Below the pieces are notes generated by a model. The model made no database searches. It saw nothing but the letters and a program-made list of their open reading frames with translations, and was not told the DNA's origin. Made by a program: the position numbers and the translations under genes. From contig JAWVYU010000001.1 in the NCBI GenBank assembly GCA_033722575.1, forward strand, positions 1 to 59,722: DNA of 59,722 nt. The letters are read 5' to 3'. The first letter of the stretch is position 1. The number at the start of each line of letters is the position of its first letter. Positions 8,956 to 19,507 of the stretch are shown piece by piece. The DNA is from Ketobacteraceae bacterium (GTDB lineage Bacteria > Pseudomonadota > Gammaproteobacteria > Pseudomonadales > Ketobacteraceae).

Positions 8956-9714
8956 ATGAAATATGTCTTGGTAACAGGTGCCAGTGCGGGTATTGGTGAG
9001 GAGTTTGCCAGGCAGCTGGCCGGGGCAGGTGAAAGCCTAATTCTGGTGGCCCGGCGCGAGGAACGGCTGCAGGCACTGGCCACTGAACTTCAGGATGCTC
9101 ATGGGGTGAGTGTACAGACCGTGGCGCTGGATCTGTCCCGGCCCGATGCCGGCGAAACCCTGGCGGAAAAAATCATCCAGGAGGCATGGCAGCTGAAGGG
9201 TCTGATCAACAACGCCGGTTTTGGTGATCGGGGCAAATTTACCGAGCTGCCCCTGGAGCGCCAGCTGAACATGATTCAGGTGAATGTCACTGTTCTGGTT
9301 GATCTTACCCACCGGCTTTTGCCACTGCTGCAGGCATCCGGGGATGGGTTCATTATCAATGTTGCCTCCACCGCCAGCTTCCAGGCCGGGCCCAACATGG
9401 CGATCTATTATGCCACCAAGGCCTTTGTACTCTCATTTTCCGAAGCTCTTCATGAAGAGCTGTCCGGCAGGGTTCAGGTATCGGCCCTGTGTCCAGGCGC
9501 CACTGACTCCGAGTTTGCGCGGGAGGCTAACATGTCGGATACCCTGCTGTTCAAAGCCGGCACCATGAGTTCACAGGCCGTGGTTAAAAAGGCCCTGCAG
9601 CAGCGTCGTCGTGCCATTGTGATACCAGGATTTAAGAACTGGTTCGGGGCATTGCTGGCGAAATTGTCGCCCCGTTTTATTACCCGCAAAATGGCGGGAA
9701 TGCTGCAGGCATAG
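8956..9714 (+). CDS. short-chain dehydrogenase/reductase (SDR) family oxidoreductase
   Basis: 252-aa ORF with the TGASAGIG cofactor motif and the catalytic YxxxK (YYATK). Confidence 0.9.
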   Translation: MKYVLVTGASAGIGEEFARQLAGAGESLILVARREERLQALATELQDAHGVSVQTVALDLSRPDAGETLAEKIIQEAWQLKGLINNAGFGDRGKFTELPLERQLNMIQVNVTVLVDLTHRLLPLLQASGDGFIINVASTASFQAGPNMAIYYATKAFVLSFSEALHEELSGRVQVSALCPGATDSEFAREANMSDTLLFKAGTMSSQAVVKKALQQRRRAIVIPGFKNWFGALLAKLSPRFITRKMAGMLQA

Positions 9715-9767
9715 GCATACCGCCCCCAAGCCTGTCGAATACGGTGATTTTTGCCCGAATTCATAAA

Positions 9768-9783
9768 CTTAGCTAAGCTTAGC
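9768..9783. promoter_or_regulatory. overlapping perfect palindromes upstream of the hybrid kinase gene
   Basis: CTTAGCTAAGCTTAGC contains CTTAGCTAAG and GCTAAGCTTAGC, both self-complementary. It lies 50 nt upstream of the start at 9833. Confidence 0.3.
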
Positions 9784-9832
9784 GGGTAATTTTTTCTCCC
9801 CTCATCTTATCTAGGCGGGTACCCGGTCACTG

Positions 9833-12646
9833 ATGCAGGATAACCAGGACGGCTCCATAGGCAGAACGCTTTTCGAGATCCTTTTGCTGGCCGCCGCCTA
9901 TGTGGCCACTGCACGACTGGGTCAGACGCTGGCGATTCCGCCCGGAAACGTCACGCCCGTCTGGATTCCCTCAGGCATTGTGCTTGCCGCGGTGCTGCTG
10001 CGTGGCCCGGTCATATGGCCGGGTATCTGGCTCGGAGCGTTTGCGGGAAACGTCTGGGCCTATCTCGACTGGGAGAATTTCAGCAATCTTGGCATTGCCT
10101 TTATTTCAGGTACGGTTAATGGTCTTGGCGATACGCTGGGAGCATTGCTGGCTGGTTTTCTTCTGCGGCGCTATTGCGACGTTGAGCATCTGTTTGACAG
10201 TGCGTCGAACGTGGCGAAGTTCGTGTTGTACGGGGCTGTACTGAACAGTGCCGTCAGTGCCTGCTTTGGGGTAAGCGGGATGGCGGCAGTGGGGCTGCTC
10301 GACTGGGCTGATTATCGCTATGTCTGGATTACCTGGTGGGTGGGGGATGGTGTTGGTGTGATTCTGATGACGCCACTGTTGCTGACACTGCCACACTGGT
10401 TTCGCCGGGGCATATTCAGCGGCATTAACTGGCGTGAATTTCTGGCTTTTGTGGCGCTGCTGGCACTGATCACTGAAATGTCGCTTGGCATTTTCCGTCA
10501 ACCGGTGTTGCCCTTGCCGCTGGTAATGGTGCTGCCGGTATTGTTATGGGGCGCGTTACGCTTTAATGGCCACCTGGCGATCGTGGCCAGTGTGATCGTG
10601 GCGGGCCTGGCCATTGCGGTGACCTCCGCCGGGGAAGGCCCTTTTGCTTCTCCTGAACTCAATGAATCGCTGATCGAACTACAGCTGTTTTTATGTACCG
10701 TACTGATTACGGTGTTGCTGCAGCTCAGCATCGCCAGTGAGCGCAAGCATTTGCAGCGGGAGCTGCAGGATGTCTCCGACACCTACATAAAAATGTTCGA
10801 TCTGACCATGGGGGGGGTGATTGTTACCGATCGGCAGGGATGTATTCAGTCGGTCAATCAGACGGCGGAAAGCATTTTCGGTTACAGCCAGGATGAACTT
10901 GCCGGACGCAACATAAACTTTCTGCTGCCCGCGCGGCTTCGGGAAAGGCATCAGGCCTATATCGATGACCCGGAAAGTCACCGGGTTTCGGATATCTTTT
11001 CTGTGGGCCGTGAGGTTACCGGCTGTCACAGGGATGGTCATGATATTCCGCTGCGGGTGGCGGTGAATCCATCGCTCGACAGGGAAAAATCCCAATATCT
11101 CGTCGTGATCCATGATTTGTCTGATATCAGACAACTGCAATCCTCACTGGACCTCCAGAAACAGCTGTTCGGGCTGCTGGTCAGGTCTGCGTTTGACGCC
11201 CTGATTGTTTTAAGGAACAACCGGGTTGCCAATGTCAATGACCGCTTTGAGAAACTGTTTGCCTATAACGGCGATGAACTGCTGGGTAAATCCCTGAAAA
11301 CCAAACTGTTCACCACCGATCTGGTGTTTATTGAAGGGCAGGGTCAGGTGGTGGAGTCCGAGGGCATCGACAAGCACGGGCGACGCTTCCCGGTGCAAGT
11401 GCAACAGAAAAGTCTGCGGGTTGGGGATGACACCGTGAAGATCATCAGTATCCATGATTTAACGGCCTCCAGAAGGCAGGAACAGGCCCTGAAACAGGCA
11501 CTGGCGCAAGCCAGGGACGCAAATCTGGCCAAATCCCGGTTTCTGTCCTCCATGAGCCACGAGCTGCGTACCCCCATGAATGCCATCGTAGGTTTTGCCC
11601 AGTTGCTGGAAATGGGGGAAAACAGCCTGTCAGAGCGTCAGCGTGAATCTGTCAGGGAAATCCGTTCAGCGGGGAATCATCTGCTGGAGGTGATTGACGA
11701 CATTCTTGATCTGGCGCGTATCGAGGCCGGCACTTGTGTTGTGAATTGTGAAAATGTGGCTGTTAATACACTGGTCAGTGACTGTGTGGAATTGATCAAG
11801 GAGCATGCGGTCAAGCGGGGAATCAAGGTATTCAATCACCTCACCCCGGAAAGAGTCCATATCGTCAATGCGGATCCGTTTCGTCTGAAGCAAATCATTC
11901 TTAATCTGCTGTCCAATGCCATCAAGTTCAATCATGCGGATGGCACGGTGTCCATCAGCGCAGAACCCACCACCACTGAGCGATTGCGTATCAGTGTTAC
12001 TGATTCCGGTGTGGGTTTGAGCGAGCATGAGCAGGACCTTGTGTTCCAGCCCTTCGAGCGTGTCACCAATGGCGAAGGGTCTGCCGCAAAGGGAACCGGT
12101 ATCGGACTGGTCATTGCCAAAAGCCTGATTGAGCAAATGGGCGGGGAAATCGGCCTGGAAAGTTACAAGTATATGGGCTCTACCTTCTGGATTGAATTGC
12201 CGCTCCATAAAACGGTAACCGGGCATCGCCCGCTGGCACTGGCGGAAGCGCTAAACCCTGTAGCGGTCGATGGGGCTTCGGGAAAGAAAATTCTCTATGT
12301 GGAAGACCAGCCTGCCAACGTAAAGTTACTGGAGCACCTGGTGGAGCAGCTTGCCATCGGGCGGTTTCTTTCCGCCAACGATGGCGAGACCGGGCTTCGG
12401 ATCGCGAAAGAGGAGCGGCCGGACCTGATGATTCTGGATATCAATATGCCGGGCCTGGATGGGTTCAGCGTACTGCGCCTGGTACGTGAGGATCCGGACC
12501 TGAAAGCAATCCCGGTAATTGCGCTGAGTTCCAGCAGCGCGGCAGAGGAGGTCAGGGATGGGCTGGCCGCCGGGTTCGATGCTTATCTGACCAAGCCGGT
12601 GGATCTGGATGAGTTATCCCAGGTACTGGAAGAATACCTGGGATAG
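9833..12646 (+). CDS. hybrid sensor histidine kinase (MASE1-like membrane domain, PAS, HisKA-HATPase, receiver)
   Basis: 937-aa ORF. About 300 aa of polytopic N-terminus, then PAS-like segments. H-box SHELRTPMNAI, N box LLSNAIKFN, G box GTGIGL. C-terminal receiver with DLMILDINMPGLDG and LTKP. Confidence 0.85.
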   Translation: MQDNQDGSIGRTLFEILLLAAAYVATARLGQTLAIPPGNVTPVWIPSGIVLAAVLLRGPVIWPGIWLGAFAGNVWAYLDWENFSNLGIAFISGTVNGLGDTLGALLAGFLLRRYCDVEHLFDSASNVAKFVLYGAVLNSAVSACFGVSGMAAVGLLDWADYRYVWITWWVGDGVGVILMTPLLLTLPHWFRRGIFSGINWREFLAFVALLALITEMSLGIFRQPVLPLPLVMVLPVLLWGALRFNGHLAIVASVIVAGLAIAVTSAGEGPFASPELNESLIELQLFLCTVLITVLLQLSIASERKHLQRELQDVSDTYIKMFDLTMGGVIVTDRQGCIQSVNQTAESIFGYSQDELAGRNINFLLPARLRERHQAYIDDPESHRVSDIFSVGREVTGCHRDGHDIPLRVAVNPSLDREKSQYLVVIHDLSDIRQLQSSLDLQKQLFGLLVRSAFDALIVLRNNRVANVNDRFEKLFAYNGDELLGKSLKTKLFTTDLVFIEGQGQVVESEGIDKHGRRFPVQVQQKSLRVGDDTVKIISIHDLTASRRQEQALKQALAQARDANLAKSRFLSSMSHELRTPMNAIVGFAQLLEMGENSLSERQRESVREIRSAGNHLLEVIDDILDLARIEAGTCVVNCENVAVNTLVSDCVELIKEHAVKRGIKVFNHLTPERVHIVNADPFRLKQIILNLLSNAIKFNHADGTVSISAEPTTTERLRISVTDSGVGLSEHEQDLVFQPFERVTNGEGSAAKGTGIGLVIAKSLIEQMGGEIGLESYKYMGSTFWIELPLHKTVTGHRPLALAEALNPVAVDGASGKKILYVEDQPANVKLLEHLVEQLAIGRFLSANDGETGLRIAKEERPDLMILDINMPGLDGFSVLRLVREDPDLKAIPVIALSSSSAAEEVRDGLAAGFDAYLTKPVDLDELSQVLEEYLG

Positions 12647-12717
12647 AACGGTACCCGGCAGGCTCAAGAGTACAGGGTATAGGAGTACCCGAGAGAACGG
12701 CTTCCGGTCGTGATCTT

Positions 12718-14181
12718 TTATTTCAGCTTGGCTGCCAGTATCTGGTTTACCTGCTGGGGGTTTGCCTTGCCCTTTGAGGCTTTCATTACCTGACCCACAA
12801 AGAACCCAATCAGTTTTTTGCGTTTGTTATCGTCTGCCGCCAGGTACTGTTCCACCTGTTCCCGGTTGCCGGCAATCACCTCATCCACCATGGCCTCGAT
12901 GGCACCGGTATCGGTGACCTGCTTCAGGCCTTTGGCTTCAATAATGTCATCGGTGGTGCCGCCCTCGCTCCACAGGGTTTCAAACACTGTTTTGGCAATT
13001 TTGCCGGAGATGGTGTTGTCCTGAATGCGTTTCAGCAGCCCGCCGATCTGTTCCGCACTTACCGGGCTGTGAGTGATGTCCAGGTCGTTCTTGTTGAGTG
13101 CCCCCATGATTTCGCTGGTTACCCAGTTGGCGGCCAGCTTGGCTGGCGCACCGGAGGTTTGCACCACGGTTTCAAAGTAATCAGCCAGCGCCTTGTCTGC
13201 GGCCAGCACCTGCGCGTCATAAGCGGACAGTCCGTGTTCTGACTGGAATCGTGCCACTTTTTCGGCCGGTAATTCCGGCAGCTTTTCCCTGACTTCCTGC
13301 AGGAAGTCAGGGGTGATTTCCACCGGGAGCAGATCCGGGTCCGGGAAATAGCGGTAATCGTTGGCCTCTTCCTTGGTGCGCATGGAGCGGCTTTCGTTTT
13401 TCACCGCATCGAACAGGCGCGTTTCCTGAACCACCTCCTCACCGTTTTCGTAAAGATCTATCTGGCGCTCCACTTCCAGTTCAATGGCTTTTTCAACAAA
13501 CTTGAAGGAGTTGACGTTTTTGGTTTCGGTGCGGGTGCGGAATTCCTCTTCGCCCTTCAGACGCACGGACACGTTCACATCACAGCGCATGGAGCCTTCC
13601 GCCATATTGCCATCGGAGATATCCAGGTAGCGCACAATGGAGTGAATGGCTTTCAGGTAGGCCACGGCTTCCTCCGCCGAGCGGATATCCGGTTCCGACA
13701 CGATCTCCAGGAGGGGAGTGCCTGCGCGGTTCAGATCAATGCCGCTCATGCCGTGGAAATCCTCGTGGAGCGATTTGCCGGCATCTTCCTCAAGATGGGC
13801 CCGGGTAACACCAATGGTTTTGGTGGTGCCGTCCGCCAGTGTGATGTCCACTTTGCCTTCGCCCACAATGGGCAGTTCAAACTGACTGATCTGATAGCCT
13901 TTGGGCAGGTCAGGGTAAAAATAGTTTTTCCGGGCGAATACCGAGCGCGGCGCGATATGGGCATCGATGGCAAGCCCGAACCTGACCGCTTTCCTCACGG
14001 CTTCCGCATTCAGCACCGGCAGTACACCGGGCATGCCCAGATCCACCAGGCTGGCCTGGGTGTTGGGTTCGGCGCCAAAGGCGGTGCTGCTGCCTGAAAA
14101 AATTTTCGACTGGGTAGATAGCTGGACGTGTATTTCCAGCCCGATAATGGTTTCCCATTCCATGATTGATTCCTCGTTCAA
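12718..14181 (-). CDS. gatB: Asp-tRNA(Asn)/Glu-tRNA(Gln) amidotransferase subunit B
   Basis: 487-aa ORF. The N-terminal [15 protein letters not shown] is a hallmark GatB sequence. Last gene of the gatC-gatA-gatB operon order. Confidence 0.95.
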   Translation of the reverse strand: MNEESIMEWETIIGLEIHVQLSTQSKIFSGSSTAFGAEPNTQASLVDLGMPGVLPVLNAEAVRKAVRFGLAIDAHIAPRSVFARKNYFYPDLPKGYQISQFELPIVGEGKVDITLADGTTKTIGVTRAHLEEDAGKSLHEDFHGMSGIDLNRAGTPLLEIVSEPDIRSAEEAVAYLKAIHSIVRYLDISDGNMAEGSMRCDVNVSVRLKGEEEFRTRTETKNVNSFKFVEKAIELEVERQIDLYENGEEVVQETRLFDAVKNESRSMRTKEEANDYRYFPDPDLLPVEITPDFLQEVREKLPELPAEKVARFQSEHGLSAYDAQVLAADKALADYFETVVQTSGAPAKLAANWVTSEIMGALNKNDLDITHSPVSAEQIGGLLKRIQDNTISGKIAKTVFETLWSEGGTTDDIIEAKGLKQVTDTGAIEAMVDEVIAGNREQVEQYLAADDNKRKKLIGFFVGQVMKASKGKANPQQVNQILAAKLK

Positions 14182-14183
14182 CG

Positions 14184-15641
14184 TCAGCCTTTGAAGTTTT
14201 CCGGTAGGTGTCGGTGCCAGTCGGTTTCCTGCTGGAACCGGTGGCCAACGTTCAGAAGTCGGGTTTCATCAAAGTGCCTGCCGATAATCTGCAGACCCAC
14301 GGGCAGCCCGCCAGCAAAGCCTGCCGGCAGCGTTAACGCCGGCAGACCTGCCAGGTTGACCGCAATGGTGTAGATATCCGACAGGTACATGGAAACCGGA
14401 TCGTCCGCCTTTTCCCCCAGCCGAAAGCCGGGCGTGGGAGCGGTGGGCCCCATGATCACGTCCACTTCCTTGAAGGCATTGTCATAATCATTCTTGATCA
14501 GCCTGCGGATTTTCTGGGCCTTGAGGTAGTAAGCGTCATAATAACCGGCGGACAGGGCATAGGTGCCTACCATGATCCGGCGCTTGACTTCTTCCCCAAA
14601 GCCTTCGCTGCGGCTGCGTTCATACAGGTCGACAAGGTTTTCCGGAGCCTGGCAGCGATAGCCAAAACGTACCCCATCAAAGCGGGACAGGTTGGAGGAT
14701 GCCTCGGCAGGTGCGATCACATAATAGGCAGGCACTGCCAGACGGGCATTGGGCAGGGAGATTTTGATGATGGTGGCGCCCATGGCCTCATATTGTTTGA
14801 TGGCGGCATCAATCACGTTGCGCACCTCATCGGAGAGACCTTCCTGGAAAAACTCCTCCGGGAGGCCGATTTTCAGGCCGCTGATATCGCCAGTCAGGGA
14901 CGCCCGGTAGTCCGGCACCGGCTGATCAATGGAGGTGGAGTCCCGGGTATCGAAGCCGGCCATGGCTTCCAGCATTAATGCCGCATCTTCCACGGACTGG
15001 GTCATGGGGCCGCCCTGATCCAGGCTGGAGGCGAAGGCGATCATGCCCCAGCGGGATACCCTGCCATAGGTGGGTTTCAGGCCGGTAATGCCGCACAGGC
15101 TGGCGGGTTGGCGTATGGAGCCACCGGTATCGGTTCCCGTGGCTGCGGGCACCAGACGAGCACCCACGGCTGCGGCCGAGCCGCCGGAAGAGCCGCCGGG
15201 CACGTGCTCCCGGTGCCAGGGGTTACGCACCGGTCCGTAAAAGCTGGTTTCATTGGAGGAACCCATGGCGAATTCGTCCATATTGGTTTTGCCCAGGCAG
15301 ACAATACCGGCGTTAGCCAGTTTCTCCACCACGGTGGCATCGTAAGGCGCATTGAAGTTATCCAGCATTCTGGAGCCGCAACTGGTTTTGATGCCCCGTG
15401 TGCAGAAAATATCCTTGTGGGCGATGGGCAGGCCGGTGAGGGGGCCGGCGTTACCACTGGCGATCAGCTCATCAGCCTTGCCGGCCTGTGCCAGTGCCTG
15501 TTCCTCGGTGATGGTAATAAAACTGTTCAGATCCCCGTCATGTTTTTTGATGCGGTCCAGAAAATGCCGGGTTAATTCCACGCTGGAAACCGCTTTGGAT
15601 TGCAGCAGTTCCGAAAGTTCGGTCAGTGTCTTGTCATGCAT
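14184..15641 (-). CDS. gatA: Asp-tRNA(Asn)/Glu-tRNA(Gln) amidotransferase subunit A
   Basis: Amidase-signature protein ([11 protein letters not shown]). I prefer the ATG at 15641 (MHDKTLTEL, with GAAGGA 8 nt upstream) over the GTG at 15656 used in the ORF track. Confidence 0.93.
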   Translation of the reverse strand: MHDKTLTELSELLQSKAVSSVELTRHFLDRIKKHDGDLNSFITITEEQALAQAGKADELIASGNAGPLTGLPIAHKDIFCTRGIKTSCGSRMLDNFNAPYDATVVEKLANAGIVCLGKTNMDEFAMGSSNETSFYGPVRNPWHREHVPGGSSGGSAAAVGARLVPAATGTDTGGSIRQPASLCGITGLKPTYGRVSRWGMIAFASSLDQGGPMTQSVEDAALMLEAMAGFDTRDSTSIDQPVPDYRASLTGDISGLKIGLPEEFFQEGLSDEVRNVIDAAIKQYEAMGATIIKISLPNARLAVPAYYVIAPAEASSNLSRFDGVRFGYRCQAPENLVDLYERSRSEGFGEEVKRRIMVGTYALSAGYYDAYYLKAQKIRRLIKNDYDNAFKEVDVIMGPTAPTPGFRLGEKADDPVSMYLSDIYTIAVNLAGLPALTLPAGFAGGLPVGLQIIGRHFDETRLLNVGHRFQQETDWHRHLPENFKG

Positions 15642-15652
15642 GGGTGATTCCT

Positions 15653-15940
15653 TCACTCAATCACTCGTGGGACCAGGTACAGGCCATCTTCAGTGGCAGG
15701 AGCCACCTGCTGGTATTCATCGCGATGATTGCTTTCGGTGACCTTGTCTTCCCTCAGCCGCTGAGTGGCATCCAGGGGGTGGGCCATGGGTGCAATATCA
15801 TCGGTGTTCACGGCCTTAAGCTGTTCCACCAGACCCAGAATGCTGGACAGGCTTTCGGCATATTCCGGTGCCTTGTCGGGGTCCACTTTGATCCGCGCGA
15901 GCTGGGCAATTTTTGCCACTTCTTCGTTATCAAGCGCCAT
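15653..15940 (-). CDS. gatC: Asp-tRNA(Asn)/Glu-tRNA(Gln) amidotransferase subunit C
   Basis: 95-aa ORF ([17 protein letters not shown]...) immediately upstream of gatA. Confidence 0.9.
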   Translation of the reverse strand: MALDNEEVAKIAQLARIKVDPDKAPEYAESLSSILGLVEQLKAVNTDDIAPMAHPLDATQRLREDKVTESNHRDEYQQVAPATEDGLYLVPRVIE

Positions 15941-16183
15941 GATTCGGGTTCCTAAACGGTTTGGATTTGCGGGGTCGTCTGAAAAGCGGCTAATAGTAGC
16001 AGAAAAATCAGTATCATAAAAAAGGCGCGTCAGTGGTTTGCTAATGTTCCGCCAGGGCCGGGCAAAGGGCAGTACAGGTTCGCAAAGTCGCTGAAATTTC
16101 TGATGAAATCATGACAAGAAGCTTGCCCAACGGGGGTTGCACTGCTAGAGTTCCCCCCATCGGCAAAGTGGCACTAATCCTAC

Positions 16184-16227
16184 GGTTTGCCCGCATTGCT
16201 GCAGGTTTGCCCACAGGTTCTCCCGCA
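16184..16227 (+). repeat. three copies of a 12-nt motif GGTT(T/C)(G/T)CCC(G/A)CA upstream of mreB
   Basis: GGTTTGCCCGCA at 16184-16195, GGTTTGCCCACA at 16204-16215 and GGTTCTCCCGCA at 16216-16227. They lie 65-108 nt upstream of the mreB start. Confidence 0.4.
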
Positions 16228-16279
16228 AGAGACCCGGCGGAACTGCAGTAAATGGTTCCAAAAGATTCTAACTGGTTGA

Positions 16280-17329
<1,050 letters not shown>

Positions 17330-17347
17330 GCCACGGGTTGCTGTATC

Positions 17348-17389
17348 AAGCCTCTATTGGGACACCTCAGTAGAGGCTTTTGTGTTTCT
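17348..17389 (+). terminator. hairpin plus T-rich tract between mreB and mreC (attenuator or partial terminator)
   Basis: AAGCCTCTA (17348-17356) pairs perfectly with TAGAGGCTT (17371-17379) across a 14-nt loop. TTGTGTTTCT follows. Confidence 0.45.
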
Positions 17390-17489
17390 GGGGTGACACT
17401 TTTGCCGGCCGGGCCGGCTACTATCCATTGGGGAGGACGCGACAATAAAAACGATTTTTGCGCAGAATACAGCCAATCGTTATCGCCTG

Positions 17490-18389
17490 GTGTTCTTCAC
17501 CATGGTCTCTTTCGCGCTGATTTTTGTCGATCACAGAACCGATATGCTGAACCCGGTGCGCAACGGGCTGTCGGTTTTCACCTTGCCCATCCACTACGTC
17601 GCCAATATCCCCCACACGCTGGTGGAATGGTCTTCGGAGAGTGTGCAGTCCCGAGAGGATCTGGAACAGGAAAACCGCCGCCTGGAATCCGAGGTGCTGT
17701 TGCTGCAGCGCCGGGTGCAGAAACTGGCGGCTATTGTGGCGGAAAATACCCGTTTGAAAGAGTTGCTGAATTCCGCAGATCTGGTGGACGACCAGGTGAT
17801 CGTGGCGGAAATCGTTGGTGTGGATCCTGACCCGTTCCGCCATGAAGTGATCATCGACAAAGGCTCCCGTGACAAAGCCTATCCCGGTCAGGCCGTGCTG
17901 GATGCCGACGGCCTGATGGGCCAGCTCACGGATGTGGGCCCCTTCAGTTCCCGGGCGCTGCTGATCAGTGACGCCTCCCACGGTGTCCCGGTGCATGTGG
18001 CGCGCAATGGTGTACGGGCCATTGCCGTGGGTTCCGGCAGCCTGGATAAACTCAAGCTGATCCATGTGCCGGATACGGCAGACATTGTGGTGGGTGACTT
18101 GCTGGTAACCTCCGGGCTGGGAGGGCGGTTCCCCTCCGGTTATCCGGTGGGCAAGGTAACGGAAGTACGCCATGACCCGGGATTGCCCTTTGCCATTGTC
18201 AGTGCGGTACCGCTGGCCCAGCTGGACCGCAGCCGCCATGTGCTGCTGGTGTTTTCTGAAGAAAACCGCATACCGCCCGTGGCCGCCGGGGAGATCGACA
18301 ATGCACCAGGGGTAACGGGTGCTGAAGGAACCGAAACAGCCACCTCAACCGAAGATCAGGCAACGGAATCTGCCGGGGAGGCGCCATAA
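17490..18389 (+). CDS. mreC: rod shape-determining protein MreC
   Basis: 299-aa ORF from the first canonical start (GTG 17490). Has the MreC-like coiled-coil (LEQENRRLESEVLLLQRRVQKL) and beta-rich C-terminus. The conserved N-terminus appears to extend upstream to an ATA at 17445 (see findings). Confidence 0.9.
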   Translation: MFFTMVSFALIFVDHRTDMLNPVRNGLSVFTLPIHYVANIPHTLVEWSSESVQSREDLEQENRRLESEVLLLQRRVQKLAAIVAENTRLKELLNSADLVDDQVIVAEIVGVDPDPFRHEVIIDKGSRDKAYPGQAVLDADGLMGQLTDVGPFSSRALLISDASHGVPVHVARNGVRAIAVGSGSLDKLKLIHVPDTADIVVGDLLVTSGLGGRFPSGYPVGKVTEVRHDPGLPFAIVSAVPLAQLDRSRHVLLVFSEENRIPPVAAGEIDNAPGVTGAEGTETATSTEDQATESAGEAP

Positions 18390-18865
18390 TGGGACGCGGT
18401 GCCGGGGCTATAATGGCAACTTTTTTGGTTGCCTATATCCTGGAGGTTGTGGCCTTGCCAGACTGGGCAGAACCTGCACGCCCTTGCTGGGTTGCGCTGG
18501 TTTTGCTCTACTGGGTGATAGCGGTGCCCCACCGGGTGGGGGTTATCTCTGCCTGGACTGCCGGCCTGTTCCTGGATGTGGTCCTTGGCGATGTGCTGGG
18601 CCAGAATGCCTTTTCCCTGGCACTGGTGGCTTACGTTACCTATGTGCTGCACCTGCGTATCCGGGTTTTTCCCGTATGGCAGCAGTGCCTGTCCATTGTG
18701 GTGTTGGTGGGTATTTACCAACTCAGCGCACTGCTTATCCAGCGGTCTGTGCACATTACACCCTGGACAATGAGTTACTGGATGGGCGCTATCATGTCCG
18801 GGATTTTCTGGCCATGGGTGCTGGCTACACTGCGCTTTTTGCGGCGTCGCTACCGAATTGAATAA
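18389..18865 (+). CDS. mreD: rod shape-determining protein MreD
   Basis: 158-aa polytopic hydrophobic ORF directly after mreC, start overlapping the mreC stop. The call rests on position and size. Confidence 0.85.
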   Translation: MGRGAGAIMATFLVAYILEVVALPDWAEPARPCWVALVLLYWVIAVPHRVGVISAWTAGLFLDVVLGDVLGQNAFSLALVAYVTYVLHLRIRVFPVWQQCLSIVVLVGIYQLSALLIQRSVHITPWTMSYWMGAIMSGIFWPWVLATLRFLRRRYRIE

Positions 18866-18899
18866 CCAATAAAAAACCAGAAAAAATCCGGATTATTGT

Positions 18900-19499
18900 A
18901 TGTTTGAGAAAGTCTACCTGGCGTCCGGCTCCCCCCGGCGGCGGGAGCTGCTCGCCCAGATTGGCGTGCCTTGTGAGGTTTATCCTGTGGATCTGGACGA
19001 ATCGGAGCTTTTCGGCGAGTCTCCCGAGGATTATGTGCGGCGGCTGGCCATTGGCAAGGCGGCAGCCGGCTGGGACCTCACTCAGGAGGCAGGCAAGCCG
19101 CCTTTGCCGGTGATTGGTTCGGACACTTCTGTGGTATTGGATGGTCAAACCCTGGGAAAGCCTGAGGACAAGACTCACGCCCTGTCCATGCTGCAATCCC
19201 TGTCAGGCACAGAGCACACCGTCATGAGTGCAGTGGCGATGCAGTTTGAGGGCCGGGTGGAGTGCCAGCTATCCTGTACAGCGGTGTATTTCAGGCCTTT
19301 GCCCGCAGAATTGATAGAGCGTTACTGGGCCACGGGTGAGCCGGCGGACAAAGCCGGTGCCTACGGCATTCAGGGGTTCGGTGCCGCCTTTGTTGAGCGG
19401 ATTGAAGGCAGTTACAGTGGTGTGGTGGGTTTGCCTCTGATGGAAACCATCAGTTTGCTGGAACGCTTTGGGGTGACCTACTGGCATCACAGTGAGTGA
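18900..19499 (+). CDS. maf: Maf-family nucleoside triphosphate pyrophosphatase
   Basis: 199-aa ORF. The N-terminal VYLASGSPRRRELLAQIG is the Maf signature. Sits between mreD and rng. Confidence 0.9.
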   Translation: MFEKVYLASGSPRRRELLAQIGVPCEVYPVDLDESELFGESPEDYVRRLAIGKAAAGWDLTQEAGKPPLPVIGSDTSVVLDGQTLGKPEDKTHALSMLQSLSGTEHTVMSAVAMQFEGRVECQLSCTAVYFRPLPAELIERYWATGEPADKAGAYGIQGFGAAFVERIEGSYSGVVGLPLMETISLLERFGVTYWHHSE

Positions 19500-19507
19500 C
19501 AGGGATT

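Noticed and set aside
16169-16190. TGGCAC ... TTTGC resembling a sigma-54 promoter upstream of mreB.
   Set aside because: The GG and GC dinucleotides are about 19 nt apart instead of the about 12 nt required by the -24/-12 consensus.
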